From NCBI GenBank assembly GCA_963727895.1, contig CAVSHT010000003.1, forward strand, positions 192,001 to 256,000: a stretch of DNA of 64,000 nt. The letters run 5' to 3'. Below the pieces are notes generated by a model. That model worked only from the letters and a program-made list of their open reading frames with translations, was not told the origin of the DNA and did no database searches. Each line of letters opens with the position of its first letter. The first letter of the stretch is position 1. The stretch is from an uncultured Methanosarcinaceae archaeon (GTDB lineage Archaea; Halobacteriota; Methanosarcinia; Methanosarcinales; Methanosarcinaceae). Made by a program: the position numbers and the translations under genes. Positions 33,340 through 44,061 of the stretch are shown in pieces.

Positions 33340-34782
33340 TTAATAAGTTCTTGCCACATAAACACGGGTCTCGGTTTCTTCCCCGCATATTGGGCATTTT
33401 TCTTTTTTGTCTCTTTTTTGCTCAAGAGGAATTCCAAGGATTCCTGCACCTATTACATCTTCCATAGCAAGTCCGCATTCTTTCTTCCCACACCAGGGAA
33501 TTGTTGCAACACCTTTCTGGATTTTTTCCTTTACCTCTTCAAGTTCATTACATTCAAATATGTGATTTTCAAGTTCTTTTTGCGCTTTTTGATACAAACT
33601 ATCATGTATCAACCCAAACTCTGAACTCACACAAGCTTCGATATCAGGAAGCGGTATCTGTTGTTTCTCTCCAGTATCTCTCCTGACGGCTACAGCAACG
33701 TTATTCTGAAGGTCTCTTGGCCCTATCTCTAGTCTGAGAGGTACGCCTTTCAGTTCCCATTTGTAATACTTTGCTCCGGGGCGAAGGTCACTTGCGTCTA
33801 TTTCGACTCTGATGCCAGTTTTATTAAGTCGTTCTTTAACCTCTTTGCAGGCTGCAAGCACTTCTTCTGCTCCTTTCTTGAAGATAATCGGAATAATTAC
33901 AACCTGTACAGGTGCTATTTCTGGGGGCAAAACCAGTCCTTTGTCATCTCCGTGAATGGAAATTGTAGCTGCAATTGACCTCTCTGAAATCCCATAACAG
34001 GTCTGATAGGCATAACGCTGTTCTCCATCAGGGGTTTCATATTTAATATCAAAAGTTTTTGCAAAATTATTCCCTAAGTGGTGGACTGTACCTATCTGAA
34101 GAGTCTTTCCATCAGGCATAATTGCATCAAGAGCATCGGTATAGTCTGCACCTGGAAATTTATCCCATTCAGGTCTTCTTGAACGAAGCACAGGAACTCC
34201 AAGTCTGCGGTATATTTCAGTGTAGAGCCCAATAGCTTCTCTAACCTGAGCTTCTGCATCTTCCCAGGTAGCATGAACTGTATGAGCTTCTTTAAAGGAG
34301 GTAATTTCTCTAAGCCTTATCAAAGGACGTGTATGTTTTGTCTCATAACGGAAAGTGTTAACTATCTGATATATTTTTATAGGGAAGTCCGCATGTGATC
34401 TGACCCACATTTTGTACATAGGATAAATGGCAGTTTCACTTGTAGGGCGAAGGGCCAGGGGGATATCAAGGGGGTCTTTTCCTCCATGGGTTACCCAGTA
34501 CACTTCATCCTCAAAGCCTTTGATATGCTCAGCTTCTTTCATGAACTCGTTTTCGGGGATCAGAAGAGGGAAGAGAGCTTCCTGGTGTCCACTGTTGTCA
34601 AGCATTTCTCTTATGATACTATACGTGTTTCTCCGAATCGCAAACCCGAAAGGATACCAGACATATAACCCTTTTACAGGATAGCGGACGTCCATTATTT
34701 CGGCCATCCACAGGAGTTCATTATACCATTCGCTAAATTCCTTTTTTGGGGGAAGTGCTGCTTCTTTTTCGCTTTCTGCCAT
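33340..34782 (-). CDS. proS: Proline--tRNA ligase (archaeal type)
   Basis: [29 protein letters not shown]-terminal ARTY. Confidence 0.97.
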   Translation of the reverse strand: MAESEKEAALPPKKEFSEWYNELLWMAEIMDVRYPVKGLYVWYPFGFAIRRNTYSIIREMLDNSGHQEALFPLLIPENEFMKEAEHIKGFEDEVYWVTHGGKDPLDIPLALRPTSETAIYPMYKMWVRSHADFPIKIYQIVNTFRYETKHTRPLIRLREITSFKEAHTVHATWEDAEAQVREAIGLYTEIYRRLGVPVLRSRRPEWDKFPGADYTDALDAIMPDGKTLQIGTVHHLGNNFAKTFDIKYETPDGEQRYAYQTCYGISERSIAATISIHGDDKGLVLPPEIAPVQVVIIPIIFKKGAEEVLAACKEVKERLNKTGIRVEIDASDLRPGAKYYKWELKGVPLRLEIGPRDLQNNVAVAVRRDTGEKQQIPLPDIEACVSSEFGLIHDSLYQKAQKELENHIFECNELEEVKEKIQKGVATIPWCGKKECGLAMEDVIGAGILGIPLEQKRDKKEKCPICGEETETRVYVARTY

Positions 34783-35069
34783 ACCTTCACCGTATTATCA
34801 CAATATGAATTATTACTTAAATTCTAAATAAATTCATAAACTCTTATATTGATCTACATTTTTTAGTTGATATTATTTTAAGCGACACGAGTAAATTTCA
34901 TCTTAATCCTTTAATGTCAATAAAAATTTCCTACATGAATCTATAATGTGTCATCTAATGCTAAATTGCTGCATAAACTACAGTATGCCTGCCTTTATGG
35001 AATAAAAATTAATAACTATATTGGGAATGCCCCCGGAATTTGTCAGTTTGTAAAAACTGGAAAAAAGAA

Positions 35070-35714
35070 TTAATTTCCTCCTAGGGGCTGAATATTATCT
35101 GAAACATCATGAAGGAGTTCGGATTTATCAACATCGAAAACGATCATACCTGTATTTAGCTTCTCGGCTTCTTCTTTGGAGAGTTTAGTAGCTTTCACTT
35201 TCTTTGAGATTATCGCACTGTTTCCAAGAGGATCTTCGACTATGACTGTGATTTTTTTCTTACCTTGAATCACTTCTTCAAGCATACACAAGAGCTCCTC
35301 GCTGCGTGAGGATTTCTCTTTGTCTCCCTGTGCCCACCTGCTAGTGGTTATCAGGACATCCCGGACCCTTTGCAGTACACCTTCAATATTCGTTACGTAT
35401 GACTCCGATACCGATCCAGGTTCAATAGTAACTCCCATTTCCGGGATACGAATTGTTCCTGAAGTTGAACGAATCACTCTTGCATCCAGATCTTCAATCG
35501 TTTCAACTGGCAGCTCATAGCGCATGGGCTCCTTACTCGAGAGAATCATGGTGTCTGCAAAACGGAAACTGCACTGGCATCTTGCACTGACGTACAGGAT
35601 TTCCCCAAAATAGGGAATATTATCTCTCTGCCAGTTCATCACCAGATCTTTCTGGCACAGAGGACAGCAGATTTTTGTTTCAAATCTGTCCTGTTTATAA
35701 TAATCTGAATTCAA
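35070..35714 (-). CDS. ZPR1 zinc-finger domain protein
   Basis: CPLC...IPYFGE...VIRS...TNIEG...EDPLGNS. Confidence 0.92.
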   Translation of the reverse strand: MNSDYYKQDRFETKICCPLCQKDLVMNWQRDNIPYFGEILYVSARCQCSFRFADTMILSSKEPMRYELPVETIEDLDARVIRSTSGTIRIPEMGVTIEPGSVSESYVTNIEGVLQRVRDVLITTSRWAQGDKEKSSRSEELLCMLEEVIQGKKKITVIVEDPLGNSAIISKKVKATKLSKEEAEKLNTGMIVFDVDKSELLHDVSDNIQPLGGN

Positions 35715-36094
35715 TATTTTCCACCAGTAATTTTGGATCTATCGATCTTAATGCCTGTAGGAGTTACAATTACAGTATTTCCTTTAACACCTGCAATATC
35801 ACCATGGACATCGATAACAACATCTTTTAGTTCTTTTAATACTCTGTCTCTTAACAGATCGTCGCCCCTGATATTTGAAATATCTATCATCAGGACATTT
35901 CCATTATAAATTTCCTGCTTGAGTTGGGATACCTGGTTGATATTAGAGACTTCTGCGATCTTTACATAAGTTTCTGCAGGTTCGTCCTCGAGAACTTCCT
36001 CGTATTTACTCAAGTCAATTTCAGTGTAATCCTCGGGACTGGTTGAACTTTTTACTACATTGCTGCCAAGGAGCTTGTCTATCAGTTTTGCCAT
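35711..36094 (-). CDS. sepF: Cell division protein SepF
   Basis: YNGNVLMIDI...GDIAG...VIVTPTGIKIDR; conserved PUA-sepF-ZPR1 order. Confidence 0.85.
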   Translation of the reverse strand: MAKLIDKLLGSNVVKSSTSPEDYTEIDLSKYEEVLEDEPAETYVKIAEVSNINQVSQLKQEIYNGNVLMIDISNIRGDDLLRDRVLKELKDVVIDVHGDIAGVKGNTVIVTPTGIKIDRSKITGGKY

Positions 36095-36270
36095 TTATGC
36101 GCACCTTTTGTATTTTTCAAAATTCGAATAGCACTGTCCTATATTGAAATCTATATTAATTAATTTTGCTATTCTAAAGCTGATCCTGATTTTCTTTCTG
36201 CTTCAGAAATTTTTCGTTCCCTACTCACAGTTTTCGTTTAATAAAAATATACTTTGTTTCATTGTAGATT

Positions 36271-36756
36271 TCAAAATTCTGCGTTCCAGAGTTTGTCTCC
36301 TACATGGATTATTGACTTTATGGCTTTACCTGAAGTAGCTTCGACCATTTCTGATCCTTCCATTAGTGCCTTTCCTATTGCAAGAGGTTTGCGGTGAGCC
36401 TCTTCCACTATAATTACGAGATCTCCTTCTTTGATATCTGGATCAGCAGCTATGACTCCAGGAGCCATTATATCTGCTCCGTTTGAAACAAAACGGATAG
36501 CTCCTTTATCCACGGTTACAATACGTTTTTGAAGTTCCATCTCAAGAGCTCCGCGGACGGTAGGAAAAAGATGTCCTTCGATTTCAAAAAGTAAAGGCTT
36601 GCCATCCACAAGGATAATGAAAAATTCGTCAAGAGTAATTTTTTCCAGGGCTTTGTTTTCCAGCTCTGACATTTCTTCTCCGAAAGTGGATACAAGGTCT
36701 TTCAACATTTTGTTCTTGACATTCTTTCTCAGTTGAACTCTTGATTTTACTTTCAA
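36271..36756 (-). CDS. PUA-domain RNA-binding protein
   Basis: VDKGAIRFVSNGADIMAPG...HVGDKLW. Confidence 0.9.
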   Translation of the reverse strand: MKVKSRVQLRKNVKNKMLKDLVSTFGEEMSELENKALEKITLDEFFIILVDGKPLLFEIEGHLFPTVRGALEMELQKRIVTVDKGAIRFVSNGADIMAPGVIAADPDIKEGDLVIIVEEAHRKPLAIGKALMEGSEMVEATSGKAIKSIIHVGDKLWNAEF

Positions 36757-36903
36757 TTAATCACCGGATTTTAAATGTTATATAGCATAGGGTTTTTGTG
36801 CTTTTTAAAGCTTATGTGAAGCTCTGCTGTTTCTTGAAATAGATTTCTGTTATGTCTAAATTTTTACTCCGAACATTGATATGAAATTTTCTCTAGAATA
36901 CTT

Positions 36904-38064
36904 TTACTCAAATTTTACAAATAGTACTGTGAGCAGTGTAACTGCACTTCCTATAAATACGGTTTCATAACCTAAAGGTTCAAGAAAGAAACTTCCAAGA
37001 ACCGGGCCCAATCCGAGTCCTGCATAAATTCCAGTATTAAAAAGACCCATTACAAAACCGCTGGAACTAATTTTAGAAACAGTCGTTATAAGCCCTACGA
37101 CTGCAGTTCCTCCTCCTGCACCTATCAGAAAGAAAGCCAGTAAGGGTATCTTTACCGATAAAAATATGCCTCCTGCTGTAAGAATTATCCCTATCCTTAC
37201 TATTTTTTTAGAATCGAGACTTATTTTACCTGCAATCAGAGAACTCAACATTGCGGCCAGATAAGAAGCGGAAATTGCCAGACCAAGTTCTGGTTTTGTC
37301 AGAAAACTAATACTGTAATCTGCATAATTCGCGTTTATTATACCTGTAGTTCCATAAAGAAGTATTGCAATTCCCCAAATTTTTCCAAAATTGGTTTTAA
37401 ACAGGGTTTTTTTGGTTTTTTGCAGGTAATTTTTTAGTTCGGGTATAATATAAATTTCTTGCTTTGTTCTTTTCTGGTTTTCATTTTTTTGGAGCATTAA
37501 ATCTTTCTTCTTCTCTTTTTTGTTCAAATAAAACAATTCTCCAATTCCTGAGAGAATGAGTATACAGGAAAATCCTGCTAGAAAAGTGAAGCTGATTATT
37601 GCGGTTTTAATTCCAAAGCTTGCAAGTATTCCTGAGAAAAATACGCCTGCAGCCAGTCCGGCGTTTAGCAGAAAGTTAAATTCTCCAAGGCTCTTTTGGC
37701 TGTCTTCCCATTCCGCAAGTATGGAAAAAGCTGCAGGAAAAAAAGCTCCACATCCTATTCCTTCTATGAACCTGAATATTCCAAGACTCCAGAGGCTATT
37801 CGAAAATGAAATTACAAGGCCTGATAAGGCAGTCAGTAGCATTCCAAACTTTATCACCTTTTGGTTTCCTATCCTGTCTGCTAAGATCCCTAAAGGAACA
37901 AGAGCAAGAAAAGCTCCCATAAAGTATCCAGAATACAGAAGGTTTGAAGTTACAAAACTTCCGCTGTCTCTTCCAGCAAGTTCTGGAAGAACAGGGATTA
38001 CTGCATTTGATAGACCCTGAAGTGCAAAAACTGATGAATAAAGTTTTAGTTTTTTAAGGTTCAT
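36904..38064 (-). CDS. MFS transporter
   Basis: About 12 TM segments; GILADRIG motif A; RFIEGIG. Confidence 0.88.
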   Translation of the reverse strand: MNLKKLKLYSSVFALQGLSNAVIPVLPELAGRDSGSFVTSNLLYSGYFMGAFLALVPLGILADRIGNQKVIKFGMLLTALSGLVISFSNSLWSLGIFRFIEGIGCGAFFPAAFSILAEWEDSQKSLGEFNFLLNAGLAAGVFFSGILASFGIKTAIISFTFLAGFSCILILSGIGELFYLNKKEKKKDLMLQKNENQKRTKQEIYIIPELKNYLQKTKKTLFKTNFGKIWGIAILLYGTTGIINANYADYSISFLTKPELGLAISASYLAAMLSSLIAGKISLDSKKIVRIGIILTAGGIFLSVKIPLLAFFLIGAGGGTAVVGLITTVSKISSSGFVMGLFNTGIYAGLGLGPVLGSFFLEPLGYETVFIGSAVTLLTVLFVKFE

Positions 38065-38543
38065 AGGCTTTTCAATTTTGTGTACAGCCCTATAATAACT
38101 TTTTATTCGATGCTTGTTTTCCTAATTTCAATACTTATTATGTTCTGGAATTTATTTCCCTTCTAAATTACTCCTATTCTAAATCTCCTTTTATAAATGT
38201 TATTTTCATTCTAATAATCGCTTTAAATATCGAAAAGCTCTATGGAATAAATGTCTAACGTAATTTCTTCCGCGATAATATCGCAGAATCTTACTGGTAT
38301 AATCCCGGTGAGCCAGTTTTCTATATCTAAGAGCATATAATCAAAAAGAAGTCTATAAATATAAAGAGTAATTGAGTCTTTAAAGAAGTGTCTGCTGATA
38401 GTTAGATGGATCAGAGGAAATAGATTGAAAAGAGTAAGCTTGCTACTACTAATTCATTGCTCCCACAATATGTATCTCTTTTTATAATAGGCTGAATAAA
38501 ATGCATAGCTATTTATATAATTAGTTTGAATAGGGGTTATGTG

Positions 38544-38630
38544 AGTAATGTGAGCGGGAAACTTTTTTCACATACCATACCCCCCACTCCCCATATGACC
38601 CCCCCCACTCCCCAACCCGCTCATATTACT
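38544..38630 (+). ncRNA. Candidate small RNA: 15-bp closing stem enclosing two CCCCCACUCCCCA motifs
   Basis: TATA box TTTATATA at 38512-38519; 38544-38558 pairs with 38616-38630 (one G-U pair, valid only on +); T-tract at about 38650. Confidence 0.6.
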
Positions 38631-39065
38631 TCTACTTATTAATAATTAATTTTTTATTTTTCTAACCTTTTAGAGCATTTTCTTTAAATTTCCTGATTTA
38701 TAGTCCTTAATTTCTCAGTTATATTCCTTATTTTCAGTTACATTTCTTTGACTTCTCAGTTTTTTTGTCTTGCTGGAGTGGATAAGATTAAGAGAACCTT
38801 ATTTTTTCAGAAATTCGCTTTACTCTAACTCGTTTTTGCAGAAATACGGTTCTTACATATGGGGAAGTTTCTCACACATGGATAAATAACTTAATTATGC
38901 CTTTGCCAGCTATCTGGATTAAGTAACCAGACTGAGTAATGAGAAAAATAGAAGGAATCGAAGAGCTAAATTGGTAAAAATTAATTTTGATGTATTTCTG
39001 ATCAAAATAGGTCCTGAGTAACTAAAGTTTACAAATATCAGTAAAATTTACAAATATCAGAGAAT

Positions 39066-39524
39066 TCAGTTAACTCCTCTTACTTGCAATAACTGAAATT
39101 CTATTTCGTCTGGAACTGTTGCCAGAAATATAAATGTATTATACCCGATTTTTTGAACTTCTTTGATCGCATTTGCCTGAGCTTCGTTCAAATCTCTCGA
39201 ATCGCTTACAACACAGAAAGATTTTCTATTTCCTGTGTTGACAAGGAAATTAAAGACACTTCCATGAGTATTCAGGAATGCAACCAAATTTTTAAGTTCA
39301 TCCCAGGTATTGCACATGTGGATGTTCTTTGATCCCATGTTTTCTACATACCAGTCCTTACTCACATAAGAATAGGATGCATACTGTTCATTTAGTTCAT
39401 CGTAAGCTTTGAGGATTTTGTTAATATCCTTTCCAAGATTTACCCATTTCCAGCCTTGTGTTGTAAAATAACGGGCTGCCACGATCTCAAAAATCGCCTG
39501 TTTATCTTCGTTTTCGAGTCTCAT
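39066..39524 (-). CDS. Hypothetical protein (possible degenerate PD-(D/E)XK/VRR-NUC-like fold)
   Basis: 152-aa ORF directly downstream of the pterin-binding gene; fold guessed from sequence pattern only. Confidence 0.7.
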   Translation of the reverse strand: MRLENEDKQAIFEIVAARYFTTQGWKWVNLGKDINKILKAYDELNEQYASYSYVSKDWYVENMGSKNIHMCNTWDELKNLVAFLNTHGSVFNFLVNTGNRKSFCVVSDSRDLNEAQANAIKEVQKIGYNTFIFLATVPDEIEFQLLQVRGVN

Positions 39525-39579
39525 TCTTCACATCTCTCTTATTTTGTCTGCGTATTTTGCGCTCAAAAACATCATCTGT

Positions 39580-41061
39580 TCAGAAAACATCGTCCTGTGC
39601 ATAACTTCTGTTAAATTTCAGTGCAATTTCGGCTTTTTCCAGCTCCCTTCCCAAATATGAAGCATGATCAAGTCGGGTGACCAGTTCCAGTTCGAGCAAT
39701 GTGTCCATTACTTCCCTGGCTTTTCTTCCTACAACTGAAGTTTTCTCGTGTTTGGCTACAATCAGTCCACCACTGCCACTTATTCTGTCAGGTACTATAC
39801 TGATCCGGATTGGGCCTGCAGGATCTACATGCCAACTTTTAGATGGTCTTGCTTGGATCGCATTTTGCGGTAGTGGATAGTCAGGTCGTCTGCGTTTTTC
39901 TTTAATGTAAAGAAGATCAAGTCCTAAGTCTTTTGGTGAACTTTCTCTTATACTGGCAAGCATCATCATCTCAGAAGCTCTTTTTAATTCCTCAATAGAA
40001 CCCTGCGCTTTGTCGCTAAATTCTGGAGTGAAAAGAATGCTTGCTCCAACCTCTGCTCCTATTCCACAGAGTGTTGCATTGACTCCTATAGTATCCACGT
40101 CCATAAGCTCAGTGACATTGCCAACTCCGAAGAATACAGGTATTTCAGGGTACATCCTGTAAAACTCATGATAACGTACAATAGATTCAGTTATATTGTG
40201 ACCCATGGGATCAAGAACAGGATCTGCTATAATTTTCTCGATTCCAAGCTTGCGTGCAACTTTGATATTGTTGACAAGACTCTCCAGACTCCTTTCCTCA
40301 TCCGGGATGATAACGGCTGTAATTCCAGTTCTAACAATAATTGGGCCTACAATCTCAATATTTGTGCTGTTAAGGCTCAGGACAAGGTCTGCTCCTGCTT
40401 TAACTCCTTCTTTTATCAATTCAGGGTCAAGAGTATCTATACTAATCGGGACTTCTGTATAAGCCTTTGCAATAGATACGGCTTTTTTAGCTTGTTCTGG
40501 TCGAGTATTCAGGGTAGCCCCAAGATCGATTATATCTGCTCCTCTGTCGATAAAAGCTTCGATTTTTGTCTGGAGTGATAGAGCATCCATTTCCATAGCC
40601 CCTACAATCTCTCCCATAACTTTCATGCGAGCCTTTCCTCCTATTTTTATCTCTCTGATCATAAGGAGTGAAAATGCTTCTTCTTCTGTTTTCCTTATTA
40701 GTTCGAAAGCCATCTCTTTTCGAACATCAGAAAGTAGTTCGCAGGCTGGTATATTTTCGGAGAATTCTATTTTTCCGGCATATGGGAGTACAAAGCCAAG
40801 GTCATAGGCATGTTTTGGCCCAAGGCGGATTTTACATCCCAGTTCTTCAGAAGCTTTTGAAAAATCTCCTGCTACAAGCCCAGGAAGGAGGATAAGATCA
40901 TAGGTTTTCGAAAGTCCAGCTTCCTTAAATGTTTTAATCAACTTTTTAGGGGTTATAAAGGCAGCAATATCTATATCAGCTACTAATATATCGGTTTTTT
41001 CTCCGATTGCTTTCCTGACGGTATTTTCTGCAAGCCGTCCTGTTGCAATCAATATTTTCAT
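39580..41061 (-). CDS. Dihydropteroate synthase-like pterin-binding protein
   Basis: MKILIATGRLA, GADIIDLG, ISIDT, GVGNVTEL, HASYLGREL...YAQD. Confidence 0.88.
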   Translation of the reverse strand: MKILIATGRLAENTVRKAIGEKTDILVADIDIAAFITPKKLIKTFKEAGLSKTYDLILLPGLVAGDFSKASEELGCKIRLGPKHAYDLGFVLPYAGKIEFSENIPACELLSDVRKEMAFELIRKTEEEAFSLLMIREIKIGGKARMKVMGEIVGAMEMDALSLQTKIEAFIDRGADIIDLGATLNTRPEQAKKAVSIAKAYTEVPISIDTLDPELIKEGVKAGADLVLSLNSTNIEIVGPIIVRTGITAVIIPDEERSLESLVNNIKVARKLGIEKIIADPVLDPMGHNITESIVRYHEFYRMYPEIPVFFGVGNVTELMDVDTIGVNATLCGIGAEVGASILFTPEFSDKAQGSIEELKRASEMMMLASIRESSPKDLGLDLLYIKEKRRRPDYPLPQNAIQARPSKSWHVDPAGPIRISIVPDRISGSGGLIVAKHEKTSVVGRKAREVMDTLLELELVTRLDHASYLGRELEKAEIALKFNRSYAQDDVF

Positions 41062-41130
41062 GTTTTTTAGATAGAAGCACTAATAAAAAAGAGTATCTGT
41101 TTGAAACACACTGGCCACATTATTGATAAA

Positions 41131-41170
41131 TTAAAGGCCCGATCTTTCAACTTTGAAAATCGGGCTTTAA
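41131..41170 (-). terminator. Hairpin downstream of ftsZ
   Basis: ttaaaggcccgat...atcgggctttaa inverted repeat. Confidence 0.5.
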
Positions 41171-41181
41171 GTGAATTTGAT

Positions 41182-42360
41182 TTAATTTATAAAATCAATG
41201 ATTGAGTCATCATTTTTCTTTTTAAAAGATCCTGCATTATTTCTTAATCGTTCTGTTGTCATTTTTCCGAATCTTCTTTCCTTCATAAGATCAGCTTCAG
41301 ATTTTGGTTCAATAATTCCAGCTTCTGCCTGAGGGCCCAGGATCTGAGCAGATTGAACGCCTGTCATGATAGCCATTACCCTTACCTTACCTTCATAGTC
41401 TTCCCTGATCCTTGCACCCCATATGACATTTGCGCTTGGGGAGAGTTCGTAGGTAAGCATTGATGCGATTTCTTCAGCTTCCTTGAGGCTCAGATCAGGC
41501 CCACCGGTTACATGGACAAGGCTTCCGGTTGCACCTTTGTAGTCAACATCAAGCAGAGGATGGTTTAAGGCAGTCCGCACTACTTCAGTGCTCTTATCCT
41601 GATTTTTTGACTCCCCTACAAGCATAACTGCAACTCCGCCACAGCTCATGATAGTCCTTATATCAGCGTAGTCAAGGTTTATCAGTGAAGGCACTGTGAT
41701 CGTTTCTGTAATACCTTTTACAGTCTCGGCAATCAACTGGTCCATTACGGAGAAAGCCTGATCTATGGGAAGATTTGGTACGTAATTAAGCAGCCTGTTG
41801 TTGTCCAGAACAATTACTGTATCGGCTGCCCTGCGCAGGTCTTCAAGGCCTTCTTCTGCTTTGAAAATTCGAGCCCTTTCAACTCTAAAGGGACTGGAAA
41901 CCATTCCTACAACGATTGCTCCCTGCTCTTTTGCTACTTCAGCAACTACAGGTGCAACCCCTGTCCCTGTACCTCCGCCTAATCCTGCAGTGATAAAAAC
42001 AAGGTCAACATCTTTTAATACTTCTTCGAGCGTTCCTCTTGCGAGTTCTGCAGCTTTCTTTCCTGTTTCGGGGTAACCGCCTGCTCCAAGTCCTCTTGTG
42101 AGAGTCTTTCCCACTAAGATTTTCTTGTCAGCTCTTACATTGTCAAGATGCTGCTTATCAGTATTTATACAGACTGTTTCTGCACCTTCTATTCCTATAT
42201 TATAGAGGCGGTTTACAGTGTTGTTTCCAGCGCCTCCGCATCCAACAATCATGATACGTGGTTGACCAAATTCTTCAAAGTCTTCATCAGAGGAGGAAGT
42301 TTTTCGATATTCCTTCTCTTTTTCGCTATATTTCATTGCTTCCTGTACAAATGATTGCAA
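41182..42360 (-). CDS. ftsZ: Cell division protein FtsZ
   Basis: [17 protein letters not shown] tubulin signature, INLDYAD. Confidence 0.97.
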   Translation of the reverse strand: MQSFVQEAMKYSEKEKEYRKTSSSDEDFEEFGQPRIMIVGCGGAGNNTVNRLYNIGIEGAETVCINTDKQHLDNVRADKKILVGKTLTRGLGAGGYPETGKKAAELARGTLEEVLKDVDLVFITAGLGGGTGTGVAPVVAEVAKEQGAIVVGMVSSPFRVERARIFKAEEGLEDLRRAADTVIVLDNNRLLNYVPNLPIDQAFSVMDQLIAETVKGITETITVPSLINLDYADIRTIMSCGGVAVMLVGESKNQDKSTEVVRTALNHPLLDVDYKGATGSLVHVTGGPDLSLKEAEEIASMLTYELSPSANVIWGARIREDYEGKVRVMAIMTGVQSAQILGPQAEAGIIEPKSEADLMKERRFGKMTTERLRNNAGSFKKKNDDSIIDFIN

Positions 42361-43355
42361 TTTTATCCCCTCGACTGGATTTATGTCTAATCGTTATGTT
42401 TGACTCCCCACCCTTTATCGGGGGTCACATACCTTTCAATAAACTGAGTGGAGTTATGAGATGATCTTTAAAACCCACTAAAGATTTTCATCCGTTATCT
42501 TTAATAAGTTGGCACTCTTCCAAACTTAAATATTTCGGACTTATTTAAACAGTATACTTAAATTGTTTATCAAGTTTAAATATGTCACCCATAAATCTCA
42601 TATATTCACTCTTTTACTTTCTTTGACATTTCATTCTCAAAGATGAAGGGTGAGGAACTTCCACAATCTTTATATATCTAAACGTAATTTTTTATCAAAT
42701 GTTTTCTTTTCTCACAGTAAAGTTCTCCTAATTATCCAAGTCAAGGCAATTTTCTTATCTCGTTGTTTTATAATAACATACTTGACTTCAGGAGTTCGCA
42801 TTACTATCACATCATTCGTTTTTCACAAAACACTTAATTTGATCCTTTGAATTTAATTATACTGTTTGTATTATTGCTTTTAAGTAGAATTCTCCTCTTA
42901 AAAACTGTTTCGGTATTACTTTATAATTTCAAGTCTCTTGTCTTATTTTTTAATTAATTTTTTTCTAAATCAATACATCTATTTTATATTTATAATTTCC
43001 ATACGATGGATTTACAGTTCATCTATTACCCTTTATTTGTTCTGATATTTCTTTTATTTTTTAGTATTCTTGTTTTGAAAAGCACATTTGGTAGGTACAC
43101 TTGTAACAACGTGACAAAACTAAAAAATGCTAATTAATATCATTATTTTATACTAATAAACAGAGTAAAGTATCTTTTAGTTCTGATGGAGCATGTTGAA
43201 GTTATTTTATTTAATTTTTCAGGAAAACTTTAAGGCTTCAGAATGTTTTTACCTTAATCCCGAGGAACTTAACTGTATTTTCAGGAATTATGGTTATCTT
43301 AATTCCTGGAATCTTAATTCCAATTATTTAAACATTCAACTTTGGAGTCATTATT

Positions 43356-44018
43356 GTGTTAAAGGCACTAATTTTCGACATGGATGGCGTTCTTGTGGAC
43401 TCCATGCCTTTCCACGCAGCAGCCTGGAAAAAAGCTTTTCTTGACATGGATATGGAAATTCAGGACAGAGATATTTATGCAATTGAAGGATCAAATCCTA
43501 CGAACGGTATTAACTTGCTTCTCAGAAAAGCCAAAAAAGAACCAGAAGCGTATAATTTTGAAGTTATTACTTCAATTTACAGGCGGGAATTTAAACGAAT
43601 TTTTGAGCTTAAAGCTTTTGAAGGGATGAAGGAATGTCTTGAAACCCTCAAAACACGTTTCATGCTCTCTGTAGTCTCGGGCTCTGATTCTCTCATTGTT
43701 CACGGTATAATTGACCAACTTTTCCCAAATCTATTCGATGTTGTGATTACAGGAAATGATGTTAAGAATTCAAAACCACATCCAGATCCTTTTCTTAAAG
43801 CCGTCGAAATCTTGAATGTGCAACGTGATGAGTGCATAGTAATAGAAAACGCCACTTTGGGCGTCGAAGCTGCAAAAAAAGCTGAAATCTACTGCATAGG
43901 GGTTCCCACGTATGTAGAACCTTCAAATCTTGACATGGCTGATTTTGTCGTCGAAAACCACCATTTGCTAATGCAATATCTTTTAAGTCTTGAACCTGCT
44001 AACGGATTCAAAGTTTGA
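43356..44018 (+). CDS. HAD-family phosphatase (beta-PGM-like)
   Basis: FDMDGVLVDS motif I; KPHPDPF. Confidence 0.92.
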   Translation: MLKALIFDMDGVLVDSMPFHAAAWKKAFLDMDMEIQDRDIYAIEGSNPTNGINLLLRKAKKEPEAYNFEVITSIYRREFKRIFELKAFEGMKECLETLKTRFMLSVVSGSDSLIVHGIIDQLFPNLFDVVITGNDVKNSKPHPDPFLKAVEILNVQRDECIVIENATLGVEAAKKAEIYCIGVPTYVEPSNLDMADFVVENHHLLMQYLLSLEPANGFKV

Positions 44019-44061
44019 AAAAATTAATTATTTTCCTCACAAAAAATTGTGGCCCAGAGGG

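Noticed and set aside
38537..38623. Minus-strand 28-codon ORF MSGLGVGGVIWGVGGMVCEKSFPLTLLT
   Set aside because: Probably a by-product of the G/C runs; no RBS, while the promoter and the G-U pair favour a + strand RNA (not fully excluded)
42361..43355. Small ribbon-helix-helix gene (cdrS-like) upstream of ftsZ
   Set aside because: No convincing ORF found by eye in this gap
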